This document shows, piece by piece, positions 27,101 to 40,684 of a DNA stretch of 64,000 nt. The stretch comes from Magallana gigas (Eukaryota): assembly GCF_963853765.1 (NCBI RefSeq), contig NC_088860.1, forward strand, positions 25,668,001 to 25,732,000. Reading direction: 5' to 3'. Each line of letters begins with the position of its first letter. Positions within the stretch are counted from its first letter, which is position 1. Below the pieces are notes generated by a model. The model was not told the DNA's origin, searched no databases, and saw nothing but the letters and a program-made list of their open reading frames with translations. A program made the position numbers and the translations under genes.

Positions 27101-28851
27101 GAAAGCTTGACATATATCTGTATGAATCAATCACCACAATCTTAGAACTATTTCATGCTGCTTCAAATTATACACGGCTCGCAGAGTTATGCTTGTTAGC
27201 GATGGACCGATAATTTGATTGAAAACAGAAATTTGAAAGTTAAGTACCTGTTAATGATGTTGATTTTTAAAGCTTACGGGATGCTTAGCTCGGAAATGAT
27301 TTTTTCGTGCAGAGTTAATTGTTTTTGCACCTGCCTTTTGGGAAAGCTACAAGGAAGACAAACTATGTCGGGAGAGAAGGTATGTGTTGTTATGCTTCAG
27401 GGTTTTTTTTCTTGATAATAATGAACGAAATTAGCCGTGTCAGCTAAAGGAATCTGTTTTTGCCTCCACAGATAAAAGAAGAAAGGAAATGCTACCCCAA
27501 TTATGAAACGTAGTCACATTTGATTTAGCCATTATCTGTTCAACGATCATCTGTTTTAGTTTAATTGTGTTCACTTTCGAATAAAGAAATTTGAGTGTGA
27601 GCGTGTTTTTTTTTTTTAATATTTCAAATTTATGATATTGAGTCTTTCTCAGTTATGCAGATTCTATAAAATGTGGTTTTTTTATTGAATTTCTTTAAAA
27701 TATATATAAAAAAAGAATAAATGTTTCTCATTGAAGTATTTCAATTACGAACATTTCCTAAGAAATAAGACCAAATATTTCAGAGTTTGGTCGCAAAAAA
27801 AGTAAATTTGAGATCGTTTGATATCTATATCAGCATGTAAAAGTAATTAAGAGGGAATTGCCAGAAAAAAAATCAATAAATAGATAATAAATAGAATTAA
27901 TATGAAAATATGATCGAACCATCAGAACTTTTGGAATGTAAATTATTTAAACAATAAAATTTTTCATTGGTGATTCATGCGGGATATGAAGGTACATGTA
28001 GCAATTTGAGTATGACATCATAATGATTATTTAGGTTGTTAAAGGTTTCAACCGATCGATAATCTGATTAGAAATGGAGCTCTGTCAGTTTTTATACAGC
28101 TATGAATCAAAACCGGATTTCTTAAGAAATAGAGAGGAAAATACTCATTTCATGTACATGTAAATATATATCAAAAAATTCGACTGCGTTTAGTCGGAGC
28201 GACTAACTAAAGTAAAACATGAATAAAAAGCCAGTTTAAAATGTAGGGAACCATGCAATTTTAATCTTTTATTTATGTCCCAGGGAAGACCACCGAGTCA
28301 CGTCCAATAGTAGGTGTCTTATTCTCCCCATTCCTCCCTCCTCATCAACCTCTCAACCTCTCTCAAAAAAAGGAGAGAGAGAGAGAGAGAATTCTTTGAC
28401 AGAGTTTTGTTTATAGCAGTTTTGAATGCATAAATCAAAATAACGTTTAATTTCATAACTAAAAATGTGTATAGAACACACTAGGCTATATATTATGCAC
28501 ACTTTAACAACTGTCGTCAAACAAATGATTTTACCACATCAAATACCACAAGCAGAGTGCTCTATATTACAATTCAAGATAAATCCAATATTTCGTTTAT
28601 CTTATATCTGTGTCATACAAAAGAACACTAAGTGACAATTCACGAAGCTTTTAAACACGATGTTTCATTGTTACTATATTTTTAAGTACCTATGTTTTGT
28701 GCTTTCATTTTCTGATTTTCTATGACTGTGACTTGTCGCGTCTTTATATTATCCATGTATTTGGTATGTGTTGAGAGAAAAATTTTTTTATGTTTTGCTG
28801 GGATTGGAATATCAAAGCGTTTGATCTCGATGACATTTTATCAAATTGCAA

Positions 28852-29016
28852 NNNNNNNNNNNNNNNNNNNNNNNNNNNNNNNNNNNNNNNNNNNNNNNNN
28901 NNNNNNNNNNNNNNNNNNNNNNNNNNNNNNNNNNNNNNNNNNNNNNNNNNNNNNNNNNNNNNNNNNNNNNNNNNNNNNNNNNNNNNNNNNNNNNNNNNNN
29001 NNNNNNNNNNNNNNNN
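28852..29016. other. Assembly gap (165 N)
   Basis: Run of N characters. Confidence 1.
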
Positions 29017-30118
29017 AAATAAAATAAATATGACTGAAGGATGACGATAAAGAGTTTGTGGTCGACAAGCTTTTGAAAAGAGTTGAAGGACTTGTGGTAT
29101 TAAAAACCCCACAGAAATCTTGATTCATCATGTATCCCCTTCCTCTCTCTATCGTTATCACAGAGTATCAATGTATATGCCGTTTTAAGGTTTAATCTCA
29201 GTACTATGACAACAACAACAGCAAAAATGATCACAATTAATCACTTTACGTATGATCCTCTTTCTTTTTAATGGTGCGGGGGGGGGGGGGGGGGGGCTCT
29301 TTCCTCAGAACTTTTCTGTTTATCTATTAAATTGCTATATTTTTATCTATATTTGGGAGTAAACAATCGTATAGCAGTTGAATTAATTAGGTACTAACAC
29401 GATATAACGATAAAATGGTTTTGCTTGAAGAAGAACTAGAAGAAAGAGAGAATTTTATTGAAAAAAAATACCTTATAATAGTTATTGATACATAATTAAT
29501 AATTGGTTTTGAGTCATCCGTCTAGAATTTATCAAACAATCCTGTCTAGCATAAGACCGGAAATATACAGTTTCTGGACGCTATGAACCCCCTTCTTTAA
29601 AAAAAAAATATCCTTTGGGGATAGTATAACGGTCAAATGAAGATTTCCTTATATGGCTCGATCGGTCATCTTCGGACATCTTCGGAAACTAGTGCGTCAC
29701 TCTCTTAAACATCAAGTAGGTCACATCAAAGTGCATCACGCATCACTTGATACAAGGACGGGAAAACCTCCTTATTGTTTTCCTTCCTATACTTTACAAA
29801 AAGATCACACCGATAAAACACCAAGCAACGAATAATTTGTTTCTTTCAACAAAGGGGGTTATCTTAAAATTATGTGTGTTCAAATGTGATTTAATAATTA
29901 AGAGTTAGTCACTTACAATTATTTTTTTATACCATCAAATCTGAATTAAATATGAATTCAAGAAAAAAATTTCATTGGAATCAAAAGAATTCAATGATGA
30001 TAATGGGCAGTCTATACGACAGAACCCTGTGGGGTACCTCTTTTGACCCAGATCCTCGTCTTCGCAATAAGTTTACATCACTTTAGGCGAAAACGTAGGT
30101 ACTCAATGATTCAGTGGT

Positions 30119-30129
30119 GTATATATATA
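30119..30129 (+). promoter_or_regulatory. Putative TATA box of the 30185 gene
   Basis: TATATATA run about 60 nt upstream of the ATG. Confidence 0.4.
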
Positions 30130-30184
30130 TGGCAAAGCTTCACACATTGCGACACTAACGATCGGAACAGTAAAGAACGACAAA

Positions 30185-31180
30185 ATGGCCAACAAACTCC
30201 AGGCATTACTTCTCTTAACGGTGGTTGTTTTTGTTGCAGAGGCCCGAAGAAATGTTGCAACTTTGTTTTGCAACGATATCAGAACCATCAGGTAAAATAT
30301 TTGAATTATTTTTTTCGTGAATGTAACGCAAGAACATTTATGTTTAGATGTGTATTGTAATATTTAATACCTCTATGCCCTTATTAAACAAGAAAATAAA
30401 TTATGAAAAAAAATAATTTTGTTTGATATATCCGAAATTTGTAAAATTTTCTGATTTTATTTTTTAAAAAACCTAATCGTTTATCTAATTTACTGATATT
30501 TCTCTCGTATATGAAGGGCTGAAGTCGAGGTCAACAATGGAGAAACCTTGTTCGTACCTGCAGACTGCATTAAAGGGCGAATTCAGTGGAACCTACCCAA
30601 TCCATCGACGGAGCTCGATGTCCAATTCCAAAGTCAGAACCCATCCAACTGTTTCGTCAGCAACTATCCCGAGAGGTTTGCCAACTATGAGGTTATAGAG
30701 GACGGCATTTCTACTAAGCCATACAGGGGTAATTTATTTTACGTTTAGAAAAAATCACACTACTATTGATATTAGAATTTCAGAAATCGAAAAGATAGAA
30801 ATTATTTAATAAGAGGATTTTGTGGATACTATCTATTTTTTTTTTTCGTATTGTTCTGAGGGTATTATTGTGTAATTTGATTCAATGATATATATCTCTC
30901 ATCATTTTTATTTTTTCGGAGAATTGGATGGTAGTTCCTCTCTGATTATTTTCATATTTTAATATCAAAAATTAATTTTTAAACGTGAATAAACCATATC
31001 TGCATTGAATTTGGATACTTTAGATAAAACGTATTTCTTAAAAAAAAAATGAAATGAACTGAACAATTTCTTATCATTTTTTTTTCAGGAAATGAACATT
31101 GTATTTCTACATCCAATGTTCAACTATCTGTTCCCGTGAGGTACTATTTGGTCTATATCAATTTTGAGTTGCGACCTTGA
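30185..31180 (+). CDS. Secreted 136-aa protein, meteorin-N-terminal-domain-like (possibly molluscan vdg3-type)
   Basis: Exons 30185-30291, 30517-30728, 31089-31180 (phases 2, 1; 411 nt). Signal MANKLQALLLLTVVVFVAEA, four Cys, CIKGRIQWNLP and C-terminal INFELRP resembling meteorin CAEGAVEWLYP and FRFELRE. Gene structure is solid; family identity is inferred. Confidence 0.82.
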
Positions 31181-32998
31181 AAAGGACGAGAATCCAGTTT
31201 TCTGACATTAATTAACAGCGTATTGTGATAATTATATCGTGTTCAAATCCCGTACGTAAGAAATCCAGGATCCACGGAGTGATCTTTATACCGCATATTA
31301 TACTTTAGCCAGTATTCTAAATATAATGTACTTTAGCTGTACTGTTGTATTTATAAAACATGTAAAAAATTTATTGATTTTTTGCTGTGATATTTTCTAT
31401 AAAATAAAATAAATTTTTTGGAACAATGTTGGTGTATTAATTTAATTAACAGCATGTGTAAGGATGGCTTATTAGGATTAGTTTATCCATTAATTATATA
31501 TGCATTAATTAGATATAGCTGTTTGAAAAAACAAAGATTTTTTGCCGTCTTGAGGTACAATATCAAAAAGTTCTGTGACGTAGAAACATCTGTAACCAGA
31601 TAGCTGTCTTGGCCGTATTGTTAAATATGTGTAGATGAGTCAATGTACTTGAAAAGGCGATGAACCATAATTTGAATATTAAATCTAATTATCAACAATT
31701 TGCTAAAATTATCATCAGTTTAAAAGTCAGGATTTGGAGGCTGAAATTAAAGCTGCTTGGTCCGATTTTTTTGTAATTACAGTATCAAATTTTTTTTCAT
31801 ACAAATCATTTATCTTAGAAAGTTTTGGACTTTCTCCTATTTACACCAGCAGAATCAGTCTCCTTTCAAAGTTAAAAATATTCAAAGTAAATAAAAAAAA
31901 ATTCTCTTTGGGCAAACGAAAAAACAAACCAAAATGCATCACGGAAATGTTTAGAAAAGGAAACCGCTTGATTTCGTCCCCCGAATGATTGGGGTTATTC
32001 AAACCGCATGCTATGCATCGATTGCAAAGAAAGCAGACTTTGGAAATATTAGCGAACAAAACGTACACATGTTTATTTGTAATATGTCTGATCATTTCGA
32101 CCTTTATTTAGAGCGATGTCAAAGTCGTAATACAACCATACCCGTCTCGTCGTCAGGGGTGAAATTTAACATGAGGCGAAATAACGCGGTACCTTTTAAT
32201 GTCGTTTGTTTTGTTAGCAAATTTTGTACGTATTTTTCTTCACTGAAATTTGGCATAATTGACGGGTAAAACTACTGCAATGTCTATTATTATACATATA
32301 CTAAGCATAGCCATCGTTTAAAAGCGTGCATAAAATTTGATATAAAATCGGACCAAGCAGCTTTAAGTTAATTACGTTTAGAGCCTGAATTTTATTATGA
32401 TGAGTAGTTAGTTTGTGTTGGTCAAACAGACCATATGGTGTTCAAATGAATCGGGGAGGAATCGGCCGCGGGTCTAATCTACATGTATATAAATGTTGCT
32501 GTAGGTTAAACATATATAATGAATGCCCAGTGTGGAATGTTAATTGTTAATAATTGTAATGTAACTATTTGCGATAATACCATATGGCCGGTGAACCAAT
32601 CTGAATTGTTCTCTCTTTGTGAACATGAAAGTATGTAAAGTTAACCCATGTTAATAGATGCTAGAAGAGATTTGATACCGAGAAGCAAAGAGACTGAGAG
32701 TTGCTTGTAAAAATTACACGTAAATCGCTGTTCAACACCAAATCGGACTTAGTCATTTTATATGAACTAGGTTAGAAGCAGAACTAAACGATGGGCTAAC
32801 ACATCATATACTAATATTCATACATTTATAAAACTTACATATCCAAAGACTGTTATAAAAATAGGAAATATTAGATCATGTCACGGTAGTCTTGAAATTA
32901 AATTTTGTATAATTCATAATGAGTTTATTTCTAGGTAGTAATAGACATTGAAGGATTGAATACCAGTTTATACTTGCATGATATGTAAGACTAACAGG

Positions 32999-34388
32999 AC
33001 AAGAGGCCCAGGGGCCACATCGCTCACCTGAACAACAATTGCCTTAATTCTGATCAAATTAGCATTACAGTATCAAAATATCTTGACAACTGAGTACAGT
33101 AGATCTTGCTAAAAAAAATATATGAAAATCTGCCAATTTTTATACACCTGTTATTTTTTGGTAAATACCAAGCCCCTTTTGTTGTTGTACCTGTAAGAAG
33201 ATTTTTCTCTATTCCTATAACCCCCCCCCCTCCCCATTTCGTGGCCCCACTATTCTCTAGGGAATCATGGTTTCATCAAACTTAAATCTACCTTTAATCT
33301 CATAACCTGTGCTTTCACACTAAGTACTGAGTTTTGGACCGAAAACTTTCCCAGAATATTTTTAAAGATTGTAAAACTTGATCCCCCAATTGTGGCCCCA
33401 CCCTACCCCCGGGGACCATGATTTGAACAAACTTGAATCAACACTTCCTGAGGATGCTTCCATTTTAATTTGAGTTTTTCTGGCCTAATAGTTTTTGAGA
33501 AGAAGATTTTTAAAGATTTTCTCTATATATTCCTCTGTAAAACTTGATCCCCCAATTGTGGCCCCACCCTACCCCCGGGGACCATGATTTGAACAAACTT
33601 GAATCTACACTACATGAAGATGCTTCCACTCAAATTTGAGCTTTTCTGGCCTGATAGTTTTTAAGAAGAAGATTTTTAAAGATTTTCTCTATATATTCCT
33701 ATGTAAAACTTGATCCCCCAATTGTGGCCCCATCCTAACCCTGGGGACCATGATTTGAACAAACTTGAATCTACACTACCTGATGATGCCTCCACTCAAA
33801 GTTGAGCTTTCCTGGCCTTATAGTTTTTGAGAAGAAAATTTTTTAAAGATTTTCTCTATATATTCCTATGTAAAACTTGTCCCCCAATTGCGGCCCCATC
33901 CTACCCCCGGGGACCATGCTTTGAACAAACTTGAATCTACACTTCCTGAGGATGCTTCCATTTTAATTTGAGCTTTTCTGGCCTAACAGTTTTTGAGAAG
34001 AAGATTTTTAAAGATTTTCTCTATATATTCCTCTGTAAAACTTGATCCCCCAATTGTGGCCCCACCCTACCCCCGGGGACCATGATTTGAACAAACTTGA
34101 ATCTACACTACATGAGGATGCTCCCATTTTAATCTGAGTCTTTCTGACCTGATAGTTTTTGAGAAGAAGATTTTTAAAGATTTTCTCTATATATTCCTAT
34201 GTAAAACTTGATCCCCCAATGGTGGCCCCACCCTAATCCCTGGGACCATGATTTGAACAAACTTGAATCTACACTACCTGATGATGCCTCCACACAAGTT
34301 TAAGCTTTACCGGCCTAATAGTTTTTGAGAAGAAGATTTTTGAAAAATACCAACAAATTTTCAATAATTCTCAATTATCTCCCCTTTA

Positions 34389-34434
<46 letters not shown>

Positions 34435-34482
34435 TAGTGGTGCTTTGTGCCAAATTTGGTTGAAATCTGCCCAGTGGCTCTT

Positions 34483-34513
<31 letters not shown>

Positions 34514-34544
34514 ACGACGACGACAACGACGACAGACAACGGAC

Positions 34545-34576
<32 letters not shown>

Positions 34577-34596
34577 TGGCTCAGGTGAGCTAAAAA
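32999..34596 (+). mobile_element. Non-autonomous Helentron (HINE) carrying a satellite array
   Basis: 5' acaagaggcccaggggccacatcgctcacctga; subterminal inverted repeats gctcacctga / tcaggtgagc; (GAC/AAC)n microsatellite near 34511-34545; 3' hairpin agctcacttgagc-cttt-ggctcaggtgagct followed by an A-run. Confidence 0.88.
33371..34340 (+). repeat. ~166-bp satellite (Cg170-like), 6 monomers plus a degenerate upstream copy
   Basis: gtaaaacttg monomer starts at 33371, 33537, 33703, 33870, 34035 and 34201 (spacing 165-167). Confidence 0.93.
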
Positions 34597-35228
34597 GTCA
34601 ATCTTCTAAGCTCTGCAACTGCTTTTTCAGACAATGCATTAACAGATAATTTGTTGTAGCCAAAAAACGAATATTTTAGTTTATGTACATGTAGAACCGT
34701 TTTCACAAAAGCTTGGATTTTCGATGGGATGTTACTATCTAGTTTGCTCATCAAAACAAGCTGTCAAATATTTACCTTCTTTATTCTAATTCGCTAAAAG
34801 AAGCTCATTAATATTCATAGACTGTCAAAATCGGAAAGCCCCCCCCCCCCTTATACAAGAACTCCTCGGTTGTGTAAAAATGACGCTGTTTCAACTAAAA
34901 TAGACAGCCCTGGATAAAGTCAATTGCGTATCACTGTATTCACATCTGTCAGCCAATGACTGGACGGTTAATTAACCAAGTAGACCCCACCTTCATCAAA
35001 TCGGAGTTTGTCACGTACTGATCAACGCCAAGCTCTAGCTAAAACGGTTCTATATTAGAAAAAATTGTAGCTGTATTTCACAGATAACAATTTTCATTAC
35101 ATATGTATAATGAAAATGTGATTTTTTTGTTGCAATTATCCCCGTTGGTGTTTGTTGTTGTTCGTCTTTTCTCTGTTTAAAGATTAAAAATCCGATAAAG
35201 TTGTTTAAAGTTTATTCAGTTTTAATGG

Positions 35229-35480
35229 AACCATTTTAACAAGAGCTTGGGTTTTGGGTAGTTGGTGTCAAACAGCATTGTGACATAGGTCTGTCTATTT
35301 CATTGCTGGCAACTCAGCCATTGCTCTTTGAAATCAACAAGAATTGTCTAGCTTTTGAGCTTAAACTACGCAATCCGTTTGTATTTCACTTGAAACCAGC
35401 GTCATTTTCTACTTGTTTTGATGCAAGAAATAGATAGTTACGTCCTACTGAAAGTCCAAGGCCTTGTTAAAATGGTTCTA
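35229..35480 (+). mobile_element. ~250-bp MITE, family X copy 1
   Basis: Terminal inverted repeats aaccattttaacaag / cttgttaaaatggtt; internal sequence shared with three other copies. Confidence 0.85.
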
Positions 35481-35561
35481 ATTATAAAAAAGGCAACATG
35501 AAAAAAATTGAAAACCATTATTGATTCACATACTTTAATTTGGCAAAAGCATCTGAACATT

Positions 35562-38486
35562 TTAATGATTTCCTTCCCTGTCTTGGCACGTTCCAGGTTC
35601 GACCTTCACACTGAAATGATACAGCGTTGTGCCCTTGGTCCAAGAGTTATTCCACCTAGTGTTACAACCATTCTTGTTGTTGCATTTGGCTTTCAGACCA
35701 AACTAAAATAGCAAAAGTATACAGAAAGACAGGTGAATAGAATTATGAATATTCAAAACTAAAAACAAAATAAACAGATAAGTAAATACATGTATAGAAT
35801 AACAAATATTCAAAACTAAATCCATACAAAAAAAATTTCGCGTATTTTGCGAGATCCAGGTTATTTCCTTTAAAATGCGAAAAAAGCTCGTTTAAGGTCA
35901 ATGAAAACCGCCCACCTGAAAATAGTGCCTGTGTTGACATTTAGGGCTGACATCTATACACGTCGTTCTCTGCCAGTCGTCGGAGTACGCGTCCGTCACG
36001 TGATAAGCGTACACGAGGTGCGAGGCCCAGACACACGGCCTGCTGTCCGGGGGAGCTGAACAGTGTGGTCCGGAGTTATCTCCCCAGCATGGCGGGGTCT
36101 GGCCCACGTTTCCACAAAGTCTCGTCTTGATCTCAATGGCGTCGAACTCTCGCGGAGACTTAAAGACCGGATGGCGGGTTTTGTAATCGGTCTCCCACAC
36201 CGACATCGAGTAGGACAACACCAGGCGATAATTGTCCTCTGTAAGAGTCAGATTCCTGTCAAGTTGTAAACTTTGTATCTATTGCCATTTTTTTTTAAAT
36301 TTTGAATTTACCGGGTGGCAGTATATGTAAAATTTACAACATGACAGATTAGTGTTAGATAGGGCGATTTAAAGAAGCACTACGCAAAAAAGTTTGACAG
36401 TTCTGCAGTCAATTTGTGGGCGCACAATTTTAAAGACTGAAACTCTTTTATGCTTAGAAGCAAATAACTTATCAAAATTCGAAACAGTATTACCAGTGTT
36501 CAAATATACAGATAATGTATTTTTATATGACATAAGTTAAATAAAATGCCAGAATGTCCTTTTTCATTTTTTTCTTCATACGTATTAAATCTCTTTTGAA
36601 ATTTTTTTAGTCTTTTTTTAGTAGAAGTGCTTCTTGTTTGATAGGAGATAATTATATACAATGTAGTAAGAGGGTTTTTTTAATATCAATTTAGACAAAA
36701 TAACACTCTATTTATACTTCATCATTTTTAAATGATAAGCTTTTTATACGTACTTATTGCTACATTCTTGCTTTCCATTGTAATTACTGCTCCTTGCTTC
36801 GTATTGTCTGGAAACCAAATCTTATTCTGCAAATTCATATCAAATCATGTTAGTAAGGCGGTGTTACTGGTACTGAAGATTTTCAGTCAATGTCGTTACT
36901 TTATTGGGCTTTTCCAGTTAATGGCATTATTACACTGGACATTTTTAGTCAATGACATTATTACACTGGACATTTTTAGTCAATGCCATTATTACATTGA
37001 AAACTTTCAGTCAATGACATTATTACATTGAACATTTTCAGTCAATGACATTATTACATTGGACATTTTCAGTCAATGCCATTATTACATTGGATATTTC
37101 CAGTTAATGACATTATTACATTGGATAATTTCAGTTAATGACATTATTACATTGGATATTTTCAATTAATGACATTATTACATTGGACATTTTCAGTCAA
37201 TGACATTTATTTATTACATTGGACATTATTAGTCTACAAAACAATGCTTAGGTCTATCAAACTCACGTTGAATAGGGAATGTTTTCCGATTATTTTCTTG
37301 AAAAAACATTCTTCATTGTCATAATGTTCACATTCAGCTTAAAGAAAATAGTAGAAAAACATATGTTTAGAAATATTAAAAGAACCCTGTTACAGTTCAG
37401 AATATTATATATACATTATTTAAATACTTGATCATATTTTCAAAAATTCATATCGTATCAATATTAAAAAATATCAAAGAAACTTGTCACGTTTTTCCTT
37501 GCACATCAATCTCATTAGTTATGTAGCTGTTAAATTTAAACAAAATTAAAACTGTACACATAATTTCAAAGTAAAGGTTTTTGTTTCTTTTAACAAATAT
37601 GTGAATAAATCAGTAGGTTAATTTGACAGTATAATAAACAAATTTACAGCGCAATATACGATATCGATGAATACATGTGCTTGATGTGTCTTACAGTTGA
37701 ACTGGCATCTCCTCCCCCAGTAATGGCCGTCGCATAAACATTGTACCGTCCAAGTAGTATTTCCATCAACACACAGCCCCCTCCCATGGCAGAAATAGGG
37801 ATATCGAGCGCACACACCTACAGATATATTTATTGACAACTCATCAGAAAAGAAAAATTTTGGAAAAATGAGAATATGGTTAATTTTGTAAAACATACTT
37901 AACCAACACTGCTGTCTGGTGATCATTGGTAATAGAAACACTGATACAGAATTTGCAATACATAAGTAATTCTAAAAAATTTAGGGTCAAAAGAGCTAGG
38001 CAAAATAAGTTAAAGATGAAAAATACACAAATTCATGACTCGTTCTTTGATGTATATCAAACTGATTTTAAAATAGCCAGTTTAAGATATTGTTCAAAAT
38101 TTAAAAGCACAATAGTTTGTGGTTTGTTCTTAAAAATATGGGTTGTCATGTTGCAAAATTTTGTATTTACAACCACCCAGTAAATTCAAAATTTACAACA
38201 TGACAATATCCCTGCATCTATAACTTGTGAAAACTAGATCTTAAGCTCAATGCTAGGACTAGAAAGAGAGGCAATGCACTAGTATGTATCAAGCCTATGT
38301 AAAAATTACACAAATGAGAATAGAACGTTATTGTTATGGAAAACTTAAAAAAAAAAAAGACAACTCACTATTACACGTTTCTGTCGACCTTTTGGAAATT
38401 TCTTCGTTTTGTGAAAAATATTCCGACTCTGATGCAGCTGAAAGAGGAAGCATCAAAACGAGGCATGGGATCAAGTACACCATCAT
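35562..38486 (-). CDS. Paralogue A: secreted EGF + divergent MAM-like protein, 282 aa
   Basis: Exons 38486-38369, 37817-37695 (EGF), 37337-37267, 36826-36754, 36238-35916, 35702-35562; all GT-AG, phases 1,1,0,1,0; 849 nt open. Signal MMVYLIPCLVLMLPLSAA; EGF CARYPYFCHGRGLC...CLCDGHYWGRRC. Confidence 0.88.
36876..37230. repeat. 31-bp minisatellite, ~11 copies, in intron 3 of paralogue A
   Basis: Unit cattggacattttcagtcaatgacattatta recurring every 31 nt. Confidence 0.93.
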
Positions 38487-38901
38487 CTCAACCCTCGGAA
38501 CGATAATAAAACATGGACTTTGTCTGTTACCACTAAGTTATATTGATGTTCCCTAATGCAGTTAATTGATTTTAATATTTATTTCAAGAAAATAACAAGT
38601 TAGCATAAATAAAAACATTTATCTTTAATTGAATATCTTAGTGTTTATCTGGATTCAATTTTTTCTCTCTCTGAATAATTATACGCAAGTTATTAAGATA
38701 CGATCTAGTCATTAATATCTCTTATCCATTATCCATTAATATCCATAATATCGGTATATGATTTAAAGTCCCTGCTATATTTACAATGTCATCTGATAAT
38801 TGATGGTATGTATGCATGTATAATTGCGCTGCGTTAGTAACATTATAAACTTACAGAACGGATAAAATATATGAAATGAGTAATGAAAGATTTAATAGTA
38901 G

Positions 38902-38953
38902 TGTCCTTTCTGATATATTTTATTTGATAAAATGAAATATATCAGAAAGGACA
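38902..38953. repeat. Perfect 19-bp inverted repeat (hairpin)
   Basis: tgtcctttctgatatattt ... aaatatatcagaaaggaca with a 14-nt spacer, flanked by gtag on both sides. Confidence 0.85.
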
Positions 38954-40433
38954 GTAGCATTGTTTAGTCGAACATAAAAAATCTTCTTTTTTTTGCCATT
39001 TTAACATTCAGAGTTTGTTTCTGTACATGTACCATCATTTGAATGTCTGATTCAAATTAAACGTATATACATCAATAAAATCAGTGATTTCATTTAAGGT
39101 CTTTCGATTGTCGTGTGACGTCATTGTGAGCAATCCGGAATATTTTACCGTTATCGGTTATAATAATAGTGTTATGTGGTGCATAGTTTTGCCAATATTT
39201 CTTGATTTATACTTGTGTTTAACACATTTTAAGCTATGTAAAGTGAAATGACACCAATGTTTAACAATTCATAGAGAGTAGTTTGAGTTGAAATCGCTGA
39301 ATTCAATGAAAAACTGATAAAACCGTATATAGGCAAACTTGACAGAGACCACAATTCATAATTTTTTACCTGGCAAGGTAAACATTTCTTTGCAGATTTC
39401 GATAGGATATATAATGAATTACAAATGTACCAATTTTCAGTGAGTTTGAACCATTATTTCAAAAGTTATAGACGTTTTATGTTGCTAAACTGTACTTATT
39501 CATGGTTGAAAAATCGTATCAAAATGCACTGTAAATGTGATAGCTTTCATACTGGCAATTTTAAATGGCCTTAAAATGTTAAAATACTTAAAATAAAGGA
39601 TTGCGATTAATTTCTTTTAAGAATTGCTTTATTATATCGAAATTAGTTAAAATAAATGTGATGTTTGATAAGAGAGCAGTCGTTGCTTAAACTGTCCTGA
39701 GAGTGTACTTGTGTTAGCTCCTACAGCATGAACAAAATATTTGCAACATACCAATATTTAACTTTAATTTGATTGTTTGCATATTAATCATCAAACTTAA
39801 ACAAAAATTACACAGATTAAACCATAAAAACATCGAGGGTGGAGAAACCTTAATTAATATATTTAAGATGATTGAGTTCCATCTGTCGTTTTGTATTTAT
39901 TGATAGATGCAGTATAATAAATCAGAAGAAGTGGTCTTTCGTTCACACTCGGTGTTGAAATCTTGGGTGTTTCCCGTTTTGGGAGCTTTATTTGCTAGTT
40001 TGTTGTTTTGCTTTGTTGACAGAAGTTAATTAAAACATCTGTGGAAATAATGGTTACATTTACTGGTGTCCTGTTTCACAAATTTGACATTGACTAGGTA
40101 TAATATATTACTTCGTAATCAATCAAAACTTTAACAACTTTGAGAGCACGAACTGCTCGGACTGACTTCAGACTTACAAGAAGTTATAGCAACCATATAT
40201 ACATGTATATTTTGTTTCTTCGGTGTAATTAACGTGCTCATTGACAATAACAATAAAGAACGTACTTATATACTTACTTTATACGTATAAAAAGAGACTA
40301 AAATGCTTATTGTTTATAATAACCCGCAGTTTCGTGTATTTTACTGAAATGCTTGGTACATTCATCCATGAAACCGCATGAAACACATAAAAAGAATATT
40401 TATTGTTTCATTGAATTGAACTAAATATAAAGT

Positions 40434-40684
40434 AGAACTATTTTAACTAGAGCTTGGACTTTGGGTAGTTTGTGTCAAAAAGTAATATGACGTAGGCCTG
40501 TCTATTTTATTACTGGCCACTTAGCAATGGCTCATTGAAATCAACACGATTTGTCTGGCTTTTGAGCCAAGACTTTGCAATAAGTGCATATTTTACTTGA
40601 AACCCAGCCTCACTTTTAACTTTTTGACGCAAGATATAGATAGTTATGTCCTACCGAAAGTCCAAGGTCTTGTTAAAATGATTC
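40434..40684 (+). mobile_element. MITE family X copy 2
   Basis: Same internal sequence as 35229-35480; degenerate TIRs. Confidence 0.8.

Noticed and set aside
28722-29161. Four ORFs spanning the N run
   Set aside because: Their length comes from X codons in the assembly gap.
33371-34340. CRISPR-like or prokaryotic repeat array
   Set aside because: Contiguous 166-bp monomers without unique spacers, in eukaryotic intron-rich DNA with no cas genes.
36732-37031. 99-aa hydrophobic plus-strand ORF
   Set aside because: Antisense to paralogue A exon 4 and extended by the 31-bp minisatellite.
37890-38240. Micro-exon between exon 1 and the EGF exon of paralogue A
   Set aside because: Exon 1 already ends in phase 1 (AAT A|gtgagt) and joins the EGF exon directly.
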